A stretch of DNA of 62,733 nucleotides, filler included, from Blastocystis sp. subtype 4 (taxonomy: Eukaryota), in the NCBI RefSeq assembly GCF_000743755.1. It is 15 parts of 15 records of this genome, joined end to end, with 100 filler letters (N's around TTAATTAATTAA, not from the genome) between each part and the next. Parts side by side here need not be neighbours in the genome. Positions count along the whole stretch, not along the records: positions 51,354 to 55,093 come from NW_014569002.1; positions 55,194 to 58,913 come from NW_014569001.1; positions 59,014 to 62,733 come from NW_014569000.1; 12 more parts are not named here. One strand, 5' to 3'. The translations under genes were made by a program, and so were the position numbers. The notes under the pieces are model-generated. The model was not told where the DNA came from, made no database searches, and saw only the letters and a program-made list of their open reading frames with translations. Below are positions 51,354 to 62,733 of this stretch, one piece after another; the stretch's first letter is position 1; each line of letters starts with the position of its first letter.

Positions 51354-52503
51354 TTGAAAGCAGGTTTCATTCTCAACTTCATATGACGAATTACTTTCCT
51401 CTTGCTGATTGTGCAAATGTTCTATGTACTTCTGTTGATCTGTTAGTAGCCTCTTGTAACAAGATGGCACCTATCACCGTTTCTGTTCGTTATTCATTCA
51501 AATCAATTACAAATAGATTGATAATGACAATTTGTTATTTCATGACCTCAAACCAAGAGACTTCTTTCTTGAAAGTGAACTTACTCCAGACAATATTGAT
51601 AATCGAGAGGATGCAATCAAATATATTAATCGATGTATAGATGAATGTAAGAATAGAAGAGAGGGATGAGAAGTAGCTCGACAGCGTTTGAGTGGTTTAG
51701 AGAAGGAACGAGAAGAGATATTGAAAGAAAGGAAACGAATATCAATAACAACTGGAGAAGAAGTAAGTCAAGACTATGAAGTGAGAGTTCTGAGTTGAGG
51801 TTGAGTTTAGAGTGAACATTTGAAACAAATGAAAGAATTGAAAGAAGAGAAGGAAGAGAAAGAGAGTATATTGAGTAGTTTGAACAAAGAGTTGAAAGAA
51901 GTGAGTTCTCGAGTAAACGAATTCCATTCAAAAGGATCTTTGATTGCTTCAGGATTGAATGAAGAGAGTGTTGTTTCTGAACAAGAACGAGGAGAGAGTC
52001 TGATGCGTGAGTTGTGTTGTATTCGTGTAAGAATTGATGATGAATGAATGAATTGAAGGAAGAATTGAATAGTTTATGTGGTGTTTCGAGTGAAAGAAAG
52101 AGTGTTATGAGTCCAGTAACAAGTGAAGAATCTGGAATGGTTTCTCATTTGATGATGGATGAAACAATTCGTCAACTTCGAGGAAGTGAACTTCGAGTCT
52201 CAGAACTCCGTAAACGAATAGAAGAAGTGAAGAAAGAGAAAGAGAAGAATGAAAGTGATAGTAATAACATTGAAATGTTACGTAAGAGTTGTCTTGAAGC
52301 AAAGAATGAAGAAACGAAAGTGTTACGTCGTTTGTATCTGTTATTAAAACAGTTACGAAATTCATTGAAATCAGAATGCTTATTACGTGTTGTTGAAGTG
52401 CTCTGTCAAAAGTGTAGTATAGAAGTAACAAAAGAAGGAGTAGAACGACTTTCTCCTTTCAATTCTGAAATCATTGTACAATTGTTACAAGAGTATTTAA
52501 GAT
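51354..52503 (+). CDS. Coiled-coil hypothetical protein, 5'-partial, poly(A)-created stop
   Basis: E/K-rich exons; ..LLQEYLR, then T52503 + TTGT + TGTTTGTA. Confidence 0.55.
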
Positions 52504-52555
52504 TTGTTGTTTGTAAAGCAAAACTCAAACACTCCTTTTGTAGTTCTTATCTAAC

Positions 52556-52948
52556 ATGTGGAAGTATGTTCGATTTCCTAATCAGACAATGGCTCTTATA
52601 TCAAAAGACATCAAAGACTTCACTTCTGAAGGTAACTACATTCTCTTCATTCATTTCATCATTCATAGGACCTTATGTATTCAGAGTCGCAAAATCAATG
52701 TCAAAACTCGATATTCGTGAATATCTAACTAAGATCTATCAAGTTCGTGTTACTCGTGTGAATACAGCTAATATTCTTGGTATTGGAATGAATATTGATA
52801 TAATAGAATAGGAAAGGGTTATCGTTACACTCGTTCAACAACAAGGAAAGAACCAGATTGGAAGAAAGCCTATGTATATATTGATCCTACATACAATCCT
52901 TCTTCTATGACAACCAAAGAAGTAGTTGAAGAGTTGAAGAAGAACTAG
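52556..52948 (+). CDS. MRPL23: Mitochondrial (MRO) ribosomal protein uL23m, two introns
   Basis: Spliced MWKYVRFPNQTMALI..GPYVFRVAKSMSKLDIREYLTKIYQVRVTRVNTANILGK..PDWKKAYVYI. Confidence 0.85.
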
Positions 52949-53453
52949 TCAAAGTACCCTTTTAGTCTATCATTCTTATTTCAAATCAACAAACACATTC
53001 AATATTCATACTTACCTTCTTTCAAACTACTCATATTCACCAATAACAATCAAATCACTTTCATATTCATTCACATAACAAACATCAATTCTATCAATAC
53101 TCTTGAAATCTTCAGATCTCATTTCAAATAGAAAGAATCATTTAGTCAAATAGAGAGTTTCATTTAGTCAATCATTCATATCTGAGAATCAGAATCAATC
53201 ATATACAATTACATACTTCATTCTAAACAATCAGGATTTACATTTCATATTCTTATCACTCATACACATTCATCTAATATGAAGAATATCAATCAAAAAT
53301 TCATTCTCTTCATTTCATAATCTCTTTCTTCAACAATTTGAATCATTCTATCACTTTCAATGAGAGATATGAGACTTTCAACTTCATAGAATAATACACT
53401 TATTTCTATTTCATCTTATGAAATCAATCCACCATCTTTCAAACAAACACACA

Positions 53454-54579
53454 TAAGTGCGACAAACTTGTAGAGTACAATCATAACACAACGCAATCCA
53501 TTCAGTTTTCATTTTCGACCATTTCAGATTGTTCAATGGTTTTCCTGCAGAATACACAAAGGAAGGTCCAACTACGTAAAATCTTCATCTTCATTCTTAC
53601 ATTCCTTGTCTTTGCTTAATCCCTGAAAGTCCCATATCAAGCACTATCAATCAATTATCTCTCATATCCATCACCTTAGAATCTTCTCCAGCAGATATCA
53701 AGAAATTCTCTTGGTTCGGAGACCAGTCAATAGCACTAACAGGAGCGGTGTGAGACTCCAGCCTTAACTCTTGCTCAGGTGATCGAATATCTACTAACGA
53801 AATGATATTCTGGTTCTCACAAATGTAACCCACAGTCATGGAATTGATAGGATTCCATGCAAGCCGGAGAATAGGGAGTTCTTCCTTATTCTGATGTAAG
53901 ACAGAATATCGATCTAAACAACGCATATCAAAGAGACGGATGGAACCATCCTTCCCGCAAGTAATGAACACATCCATAGAACTAGAAGAAAAAGCAACAT
54001 CATAAATTTCAGATCTATGAGCCCTAATCTTAGAAACTGGTTGTTGGAGATCAATGTCCCAAATTGTACAAGTTGAATCGAGTGTTGTTGCAGCAATAAT
54101 ATGGGTGTTAAATGTATTCCAATCAAAGGAAGATACAGGAGAACATCGATCTGGAGAATAGTCCTAGAAGTGACGAGATCATCCCACCAGTACTTTATTC
54201 AATATTGCGTCGACGATCGGGATAGAAGAACCTTCCGCCAATCGATAAATACGTAAATAATCACCAGAATAAGCAAAGAGATCTGTATGGTAGATATGTG
54301 GATTTGGAGTCCACATTACTTTGGTTGGAGGATAGGTAGCACTGATTTCTTCAATTTTGGTGATTGTTCCACTTCGCTCATTGAAATTGAGTATCTACGA
54401 TCATAGTGAAACCACAATTCGACTTGTATAACGTTCGAATAGTCTTCCTTGTAACTAGAGAGCAAAAGTCGTTGACAATCATTTTGTTTTCCATAGTTGC
54501 ACCAATCAATACTGTATACCTTCCATGGAGAATCATAGCTAATAACAGATTGATTTTCTGACGATTGTTGATCAGACAT
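53454..54579 (-). CDS. DCAF7: WD40 protein DCAF7/WDR68 (AN11/TTG1 family), multi-exon, poly(A)-created stop
   Basis: YDSPWKVYSIDW, YPPTKVMW, SGDYLRI, PVSSFDWN, DSTCTIWDI, DGSIRLFDMR, PILRLAWN; ends WIALCYDCTLQVCRT, then TA + TGTG + TGTTTGTT. Confidence 0.92.
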
Positions 54580-55000
54580 GGTACATTTTTAAACTATAGG
54601 CATCGAATGGCTAGTGAATTGTCCAACTGTAATTGCTCTTGATTTATCAAAAGGGACAGACTTAGTGTTGACAGCGTTATATTCATGATATGACAGAAAA
54701 CCAAATATGGATGTCTGTTAGGAATGGTGATGGAGAATAATGAAAACTATTATACCAGATCAAAGAATGTTTCAATGACGATGAGAGGTTTGATAGATAC
54801 GTAACATAACCATTAGAGACGGGAAACAAGGAAATTATATAGAACAGGACCAGCAGCTACATTATGTCTTGCATATTAGAATCATTGTTTGTATTTGACA
54901 AATATCTGAGTCTTTTTTCTGGAAACGTGGAATGGCAAATGCTGTTTCCCTAATTCCCTGTTTCTCTTAATGTGAAAACCTCACAAAAACCCTCATAAGC

Positions 55001-55093
55001 ATGTTTGCTCTTGCTAAATCTGCGCCCAAGTTCGCCGCTGTCTCTAAAGTGGCTATTCGTGGAGTTGCCACCCGTACTGAGTCTGATCTCCTC
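55001..55093 (+). CDS. 5' fragment of an aspartase / class II fumarase family enzyme with a mitochondrial-type presequence
   Basis: MFALAKSAPKFAAVSKVAIRGVA-TRTESDLL; RxExDLL resembles the aspartase N-terminus. Confidence 0.6.
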
Positions 55094-55193
55094 NNNNNNN
55101 NNNNNNNNNNNNNNNNNNNNNNNNNNNNNNNNNNNNNTTAATTAATTAANNNNNNNNNNNNNNNNNNNNNNNNNNNNNNNNNNNNNNNNNNNN

Positions 55194-55248
55194 TGCTAGC
55201 GAGACCATCGATGGAATGGAGATTAACTCCAACGAGGTGTTCAAGTAA
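55194..55248 (+). CDS. 3' fragment of an unidentified gene
   Basis: ASETIDGMEINSNEVFK* followed by TGTTTGTT. Confidence 0.4.
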
Positions 55249-55340
55249 GCAAAGACAGCTTCTTCGATTATGGAATGTTTGTTAAATGAATCACAAGTTT
55301 TCTTCATTTCTTTCTTAAAAGTGAAGCAGAAACAGTATCC

Positions 55341-57073
55341 ATGGAGGAGACACTTCGATGGCTAGGCTTTGGAGAGGAGCAAGTGCAAGTACCAATGATC
55401 GATTACAAATAGATCCAAGATGCAATAAAACATTGCAAAAGTGTCGAAGAAGCAATATTATACCTTCCAGACAGTGTACTATTGTGAGGAGTGTTTTCAC
55501 TACAGACTGTATCAAACAAGAAACGGCCACAACACCCAGTTCCTGAAATGTATGAAATTGACGAAAGGGAATCCAAAATCATCGATTTGACAGAAGAAAA
55601 GGAAAAGAAGGAGGAAAATTCTTTTGAAGTTCACTTTCGTGGGGATACAGTGTTTTGCAATCAGTATCTACGTTTCGTATCGGTCATTCCTAGTATATCT
55701 GCTATTCACCGTATTAATGAAAAGAGATATTTCAATTTCAACAAAATCTTTAATGTGAACTACTCTCTTAAGCATGATTCCAATATTACACACATGTTCC
55801 TTTCTTCTTTTGTTTGTAGGAATTCTATTAGACTGGTTATTATAGTTTCTCAAGAATTGCTTAACGAGCTGGTTACTCTTCATTCCAATGCCGAGGTTAC
55901 CTTTGCCTCTCATCTTGATCCTAAAGAATCAGATCGAGATCCTGTGACTATTAACGAAGGAAGGGGTCTCCTTGTTTTCCCTCCTTTTCCACGCATGTTC
56001 AGTTATGGCTGTTTCCATTCCAAACTCATTCTAATTCGATTTCCTGATCGATTGCGCGTAAGAATCGAGACTAGTATGAAGAATAGATTGTAATATCTTC
56101 TGCAAATCTCTGTGAAGAAGATTGGAATGAATGGTCTCAATGTATTTGGACACAGGATTTCTTCAATGCTCGTGAAGGAGAGAAGAATGTGGCTGCGAAA
56201 CACATAGATCTCGAGTTTAGGACACAGCTTATCGCACTTCTTAAGCAATGTCAATGTCCAGATGATCGAATTTTCAATTTATTACGAGGTGTCCTGTTTG
56301 CTAATGTACGAGTTCAACTTGTTACGTCCATTCCTGGTATATTCTCAGGAAAAGCTAAACAGAAGTATGGCCATCTTCGTTTACGTAGTATTCTTGCATC
56401 GCTGCGTGAATTTGAAATCCAGTCGGGTATCGAGGGTTCTGTGTCCGCTCCGATACTTAGTCTCTGTAGCTCGTTAGGTTCACCTTCCCCTGCATGGCTT
56501 TCTTCGATCCTTGCTTCGTGTCATGGAGTGGATGCGTTGCCTTTGGGAGTGAAACCAACCGAGATGCTTCACATAGTATATCCAACATTGGCCTATGTGA
56601 AGGCATCTCGAATCGGTCCTGATATGGCTGGTTCGTTGATTCTTCAACGCAAACATTATCAATTGAAAACCTTTCCGAAACAGAGTCTGAAGCGTTATTG
56701 TGACGCTAAAGGTCGCGAGAACTGTCTTCCTCATGCCAAGTATTGTAGGATTCAAGAAGATTATGAGACATAGTGATGAATGTCCCTATGCGCAATTGCC
56801 CTCGGCTACCATGGATCTATGTGGGCAGTCATAACTTTACAAGGAGTGCTTGGGGTTCTCTTCAGAAAAAGGATAGTGAATTTGTGATGAATAATTATGA
56901 ATGTGGTGTGGTACTGTTACCAAAGAGTTATATAGATTATGTTAATGGAGATGTGAAAACTAAACAACGAGAGAAGGGAGAGAGAAGAGAAGAGGATTTG
57001 TGCGGACCAGTAGACCTTATTTTTGAAGCTCCTTGTCTTCCTTACCGGATGGATGATATTCCATTTTGTCAGT
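55341..57073 (+). CDS. TDP1: Tyrosyl-DNA phosphodiesterase 1, multi-exon, poly(A)-created stop
   Basis: GCFHSKL..ISSANL..DW..QCIWTQDF; PHAK..YVGSHNFTRSAWG; NNYECGV; ends DIPFCQ, then T57073 + TGTG + TGTTTGTT. Confidence 0.92.
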
Positions 57074-57109
57074 TGTGTGTTTGTTAGTCCTCAATAGTTG
57101 AAAGGGAGG

Positions 57110-57400
57110 ATGTCTAGCTTATTTCAACGAACTAACTCAAATGATGACAAAGCAAGTGAGTTAATAAGGGCTCAACTAGAATATCGGGAAAATGGTTATT
57201 ATTCACGTATGGAACCAGACATTACAGAGGCCTTAACTGTCACGTTTAGAAGAGTGTCACTTCGCCGTCCACTAAAGAATGTAAAGTCAAAAACGTTTAT
57301 AGAGGATATACAATCCGTATGTAGTGAAATCACTCTAGAAACAAGACTGAGAAAAACAATATTGATAAACGAACTACTGTCTCTTCTAACCGAAACATAA
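57110..57400 (+). CDS. Small hypothetical protein
   Basis: ATG-initiated 96-codon ORF immediately after the TDP1 3' motif; no recognisable motif. Confidence 0.35.
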   Translation: MSSLFQRTNSNDDKASELIRAQLEYRENGYYSRMEPDITEALTVTFRRVSLRRPLKNVKSKTFIEDIQSVCSEITLETRLRKTILINELLSLLTET

Positions 57401-57648
57401 TCACTACTCTCGTTAGACACAAAACCTAAACCAACAAGAAGTGCTTGAAACTTCACTACAATCACTCATTATCCAAAACAGATATGAATAATCCTAAATG
57501 AGTGAAAATATACAAGTATTATTGAGAAGAATGAACTAACTAGAATGGCAAATAATTGAGATATTATGGATGGGTAACATTACATAAACTCAGTTACTGT
57601 CTAATACTTCCAAATCATGATAAGAATATGTTTCAAACTCGGAAGAGG

Positions 57649-58913
57649 ATGAATCTTCTTGTTATTGACTTTGGCCTCTCCAGTTCTGTGTGTTGCCTGT
57701 TAAAGAATGGACATATGAAAAAGGTTTGTGAGGACAACCATTTGACTCTAAGTGTTTTTCCCTCGTCTGTTGAATACAATGGAGACAGAGCCGTACCTAG
57801 CACAACTGTTAAGAGGAGTCAACTCCGAGGAGACAAGTATTGTGTTAGTTGTGTTAAGAGACTTCTTGGACTCAGATGGGATGAGTATGAGGCTCTTAAG
57901 AAAAAGGATATCTTTGGATGTGAAGTAGTTTGTGGAACTGATGGTTATCCTCAATTCATTGTATCGGATAATGGTCATCAAGTGAGTGCTGTTGAAGTGG
58001 CTTCTGAATTGTTTCGTAAGATCAAAACAGCTGCCGAAGTTTGTAATGAAGCTCCAATTGATGAGTGTTACCTGACAGTTCCTGTGTACTACAATGATCA
58101 TCAACGAGAAGCGATCAAGACTGCTGCTCGAAATGCTGGAATGAATGTAAAAGAACTCATTATTGAACCAATCGCTGCAGTCATGTCATGGTGTTTGAAT
58201 AATGAGAGGACTCTGACTGTGGGTGAGGAAGTATTGGTATTCGATTTTGGGAGTGAAATGCTTGATATCTCACTATTGAAGTATGACGGTAATAGTAGCT
58301 TCTCTGTGATCGATGCCGATGATCTCAACGTGGGAGGAAATGATGTAAATATTGAGATAGCCAAGGAAGTGTGTAAGATGGTTAAAGACAACGAAGGAAT
58401 ATCATTTGATCCTTTGAAGACAAAAAAGAGAGAACGATTTCTGGCAGCATGTGAAGAGGCCAAAAAGCAATTGGCTTCTACTAAGTCAACTGATATCGAT
58501 TTGAGTGACTTCAGTCCAGATCTTGATGAAATCATATTCACAGATTCTGAGTTAAAGCATATCGTAAATCATCTATTCTTGAATGGGATTAATGAATGTA
58601 TTCATCGTATGACATGTAAGTCGGATCAGACTTGTGAAATGATTACGAAAGTGTTCATGATTGGAGAATTATCTCATCTTCGAGCTGTAAGAGAGGTACT
58701 GAAGAATCAGTTCTCTCATGCCATATTCCCTGATATCAATCCTGAAACGAGTGTAGCTGAGGGTGCTTTGGCAATGGTTCGAATAAAAACAAAAGATATT
58801 AGTGGTATTGTTGATGAATCAATATCAGAGAAGATGAATGGAGTAGAATGGAGAATGAAGTGGAAAGAGTACTTGAAAGAGAGTGTATTGAATGATAATA
58901 AGAATTGTATGTT
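57649..58913 (+). CDS. Highly degenerate Hsp70-like nucleotide-binding domain protein, 3'-partial, intronless here
   Basis: VIDFGLSSS, FPSSV, VKRLLG, TVPVYYNDHQREAIKTAA..AG, IIEPIAA, FDFGSEMLDISLL, CEEAKKQL, NPETSVAEGA. Confidence 0.82.
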
Positions 58914-59013
58914 NNNNNNNNNNNNNNNNNNNNNNNNNNNNNNNNNNNNNNNNNNNNTTAATTAATTAANNNNNNNNNNNNNNNNNNNNNNNNNNNNNNN
59001 NNNNNNNNNNNNN

Positions 59014-60660
59014 TTGATGTTAATGATGATATGAGAATGAAATGGATTGATGATTGTGAATTGATTGTTACTAGTTGTATTGAATCTCTGATTATTGATG
59101 ATCATTTCAATCGACCTGATATATCATCATTGATATTGAACTATTCATTGATATCATTGAAACGAATTGAAATTGGAAATGATTGTTTTGAGAAAGTGAA
59201 TCGATTTGTGATTAATGGATTGAATGAATTGGATGGTGTTATTATTGGAAGCGATAGCTTCTGTCTCCATGAGAAGCATAGATATGAAAGCAAATGTTTG
59301 ATAATGAATTGTAATCAATTGAATGAAATCAATATTGAAGAGAATTCATTCAAGTATTATGAATCATTTGAATTGAAGAATCTTCCTTCTCTCATATCCA
59401 TTCAATTGGATTATGGTGCATTCAGTAATTGTCAATGGATAGTATTTGAGAGTATGAATGATTGAATGAATGACGAATGAGATCTGATTCGACTTCAATC
59501 CATCACTCTTGGAGAATGGGCTCTATGTGGTGATTGTGATACTGTTGAATCGAATGAATTGATAATGAAGAGTATGAGTGATAATGATGATTGATTGATC
59601 AGATCTTCCTTCTTTATCTCTAATCGAAGGATATGGACACAATTTCTTCAATGTAGGCAAAGTGATAGTGGAGAGTGATGATTGATTATTGAATATGACT
59701 TAGATATTCCATCACTTACTCAAAAAAGAATTCATATGAGATGGAATTCAGTTCAGAGATTGGGAAAAGATTATAATGTGAGAGAATTGCATAGTTCGAG
59801 TACAATTGATTGATTGATAATGATTGAGATGCTGATTCTCTTGATCGATTCATTCGACAAAGGAGTAAGTATCTACTGAAGATAAACGAAGAATACGATA
59901 ATACAACAAAGCGATTTGAGTATAAACATTCACATGATTTGAGTGTATTTGATACTGATTGTTTGAAAGGAATTGAGAGACTTGAGATCGAAGGTGATTG
60001 CTTTATGAAAGTGAATCGATTCGTGATTGATGAACTGAGTAAATTAAAGAGAATAATCATTGGACGGGATTCATTCAAGTTGTGTGAATCATTTGAATTG
60101 AAGAATCTTCCTTCTCTCATTTCCATTCAGTTGGATCAATATGCATTCCATAAGTGTCATAGGATAGCATTTGAGAGTATGAATGATTGAATGAATGACG
60201 AATGAGATCTGACTCAACTTCAATCCATTACTCTTGGATTATATACTCTATATGGTGATTTTCATACTATAGAATCGAATGAATTGATAATGAAGAGTAA
60301 GGATGGTAAGGATGATGTTGATTGATGAGATCTCCCTTCTTTATCTCTTATCAAAGGACATAAAGGTAATTTTTGGACAATAGGCAAAGTGATATTAGAA
60401 AGTGATAATTGATGATTGAATTTGAATTAGACATTCCATTACTCACTGAAGATGGAATACGGATATGTAAAAATACATTCTATAATGTGAAAAAATTGAG
60501 TAGTTCGAGTACAATTGATTTGTTAATAATGATTGAGATGCTGATTCTCTTGATCAATTCATTCGACAAAATAGTAAACATCTTTAGAGCAGTAGTTGAT
60601 AACAAAGTGATTGTTTCATGTTCAATGGATTCATTGTGTTTGTTTGAATGTTCCTGTGTT
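59014..60660 (+). CDS. LRR-family gene 3' part (two tandem LRR modules, many phase-1 introns); may be a pseudogene
   Basis: LKRIEIGNDCF, KNLPSLISIQL twice; close paralogue of 24333-25152. Confidence 0.7.
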
Positions 60661-61485
60661 GTATGACCGTGGATAGAGGTGATTGTGATTGACTGTACTC
60701 CTGTTCATGCCAACACACTCAACTATCTTTACTCTCTCTGAGAAATGATACTGTGATGGATGGAAGATTGAAGAGAGATTGTTTAGAACTGTTTGAATAA
60801 TATGTGTAGAAATAGTTTGTTGATTGATTTGATGTAAGGAAGGAGTTGAGATCTAATGGTGAATTGTTAACACCTATGAAGGACATGAAAAAAGTGAGAC
60901 GATATGATTTGGATGAATAAATGATTTCAATGGATGAGAAGTGGTATGTAATTGACACTTGAGTACAAACTACTACTCCTAAACAGTTTTGAATCGTAGA
61001 GAACAGACAGGATAATTCTTGACAAGAGTATCAAATAGCTAATCCATAATTGATATCGATTGAAAAGTTCGCAAATTAGGGGAATATAAGGACATATAAT
61101 GTGAACTAATCACTATTCTTGATTGTGATGTACTCTTCATTATCATGATATCCAACTCCATCTCTGTCAGATGATCACTGTTACTTATAGATGGATTGAG
61201 AACAGTACTACTTACAATAATCTACTTTCTATATGCTGGATTGATAGTTTCTGAAAGTTGAATCATTTAGTTGAAAGACTAGGCACCTCACATCTCCAAT
61301 ACTATGGCCTCTTCTACATCTATCATGCTATTATTCTGTGATATTATTATTGTATCTATTAAGATTATCTAAGTTGTTATTCATGGAGTGTTCCTTAATT
61401 GACTCTGAACATACTACGCTATACGAAAATCTGTCTTGTGAATCCTAGACACTTTTGTTTTATAACAAACTATTATCTTTGACTT

Positions 61486-62733
61486 TTAGACCTTTACTTT
61501 CTTCATTGTAGTAGGCTTGCTAGCAGTTTTGGATGTTTTCACACTCTTCTTTCGCTTCACTCCTCCTTTTGCTTTCGCCTTCTTGTTCGTTCTGATCAAA
61601 ATTAACACTATTACTGCAATTACAATGATCACTATTAACACAACCACAACTAGCAGTGGAACAGACACACAGAATCCAGATGCATTTTGCCACTCTCCAT
61701 TCTCACTTCCAAGAATACAACCACGCTTCTGAGTTCCCACATAGCTTCCCTGACTCGAACACTCATAGAACACTCATACACTGCTGTTTCACCAACATAC
61801 GTAACCGGGAATACTCCTTCAGGCATACATTCTCCCTTTCGCACCTGAATGGATACTGTTGCTTGTGTAGCCCCTGATTCATTCTCAGCATATACCGTGT
61901 ACGTTATCAACTCTTGTTCTGCAATAGGAGTTCCAGAGATCTATCCAGTCTGGGCATTCAGACTCAATCCATTAGGAAGAGTCACTCCTTCATCAATGTA
62001 CCAACGATCAACTATATTTCTCACTGAAGGAACACCAGTGGTCACAGCTGTTCCCATCACAAATCGATTCTGGGATGGTCGGTAACTAGCATTCATTGGA
62101 GGCCTCTTGGAGCAGTGGTCCGTCTTGACTTCACCCAACACACCTCCAGAACACTCACGATATGAATAACCTCTGTAACCAGTCTCACAAGAAGAAGGAG
62201 AGATTTGACCTTCACCCACTGAAGGATACTTTCCAATTGAAGGACACACAGCTCCTGAAGTCTTACAGTAGGCTGTATGAATAGAACCCAAAGTCGTTCC
62301 TGTAGTGCCAGTCACAGTAACCTCCCATCGATATCTGTGGAATCCAGCCAAGGCCACAGGAACAGCAATCTGAGGCTTTGTTCGAGAAGTCACAGTCTGA
62401 TCAATAGCACTCAAAATTGTTACCGATTCATTGGTAGTGTCATCAGGATTGTAGGTGGCAATGATATCAAAGCCCCAAGATGTGACTGTAGATCCTCCAA
62501 CTATGTTAAGTGAGTTCCATTTGCTTCCAAGATTCTCAACAGTCCATTCAATATAGGCTCCAATCGTGTTTGGAAGGAATCCAGTAGTGAAAGGATCCAG
62601 ATCCATGATTCCAGCAAGAGTACCAGATTCCAGATCAGTAGAAGTGAGAGAAGAATAAGAATCAACAACAGTAGAACAGTCTTCAACTCCAAATACTCCA
62701 GTAGCATCAAACACAACAGGATCAGAAGAAGAA
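61486..62733 (-). pseudogene. Ig-domain type I surface-protein pseudogene, 5'-partial
   Basis: In-frame TAG at 61941-61943 inside AQTG*ISGTP; 11-bp tandem duplication GAACACTCATA at 61757-61778 causes a frameshift; TM and K-rich tail intact. Confidence 0.88.

Noticed and set aside
52950..53440. AT-rich tract between uL23m and DCAF7 as an ncRNA or gene
   Set aside because: Frequent stops and no structure I can support; composition resembles a decayed LRR-family relic on the minus strand.
58790..60660. Hsp70-like ORF directly continuing into the LRR gene after the gap
   Set aside because: Separated by an artificial linker; contig order is not genomic.

Overview
This is eukaryotic nuclear DNA, very probably from the gut stramenopile Blastocystis. 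That assignment is an inference from the roughly 30-nt GT-AG introns, tight gene packing, a TGTTTGTT motif at gene 3' ends and the expanded LRR and Ig-like surface-protein families. The window is not one locus. It is 15 short contigs (about 3.7-5.7 kb) joined by 14 artificial 100-nt N-TTAATTAATTAA-N linkers, so adjacency across linkers means nothing. Several contig ends are exact 99-bp repeat overlaps. Housekeeping genes include NOG1, eIF3e, mevalonate kinase, UPF2, PMS2, NVL/Rix7, GPD, TDP1, DCAF7, CAP, DusA, DNAJC3, peroxiredoxin, a GH35 beta-galactosidase, several ribosomal proteins and tRNA-Lys(CTT). There are also many decayed LRR and Ig-domain surface-protein genes. Most notable: (1) nine genes whose stop codon appears to be completed by polyadenylation at a fixed spacing from the TGTTTGTT motif; (2) five ultra-short (40-45 nt) U12-type introns with AT-AC, AT-AT or AT-AA ends, four of them in three neighbouring genes; (3) a Polinton/adintovirus-like penton gene relic, interrupted by a 62-nt hairpin insertion and preceded by three 13-bp direct repeats; (4) a GnT-I homologue lacking its catalytic motifs and a degenerate Hsp70 ATPase domain; (5) inverted duplicate genes bracketing two-gene spacers. 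All family assignments come from motif recognition by eye; no database searches were run.
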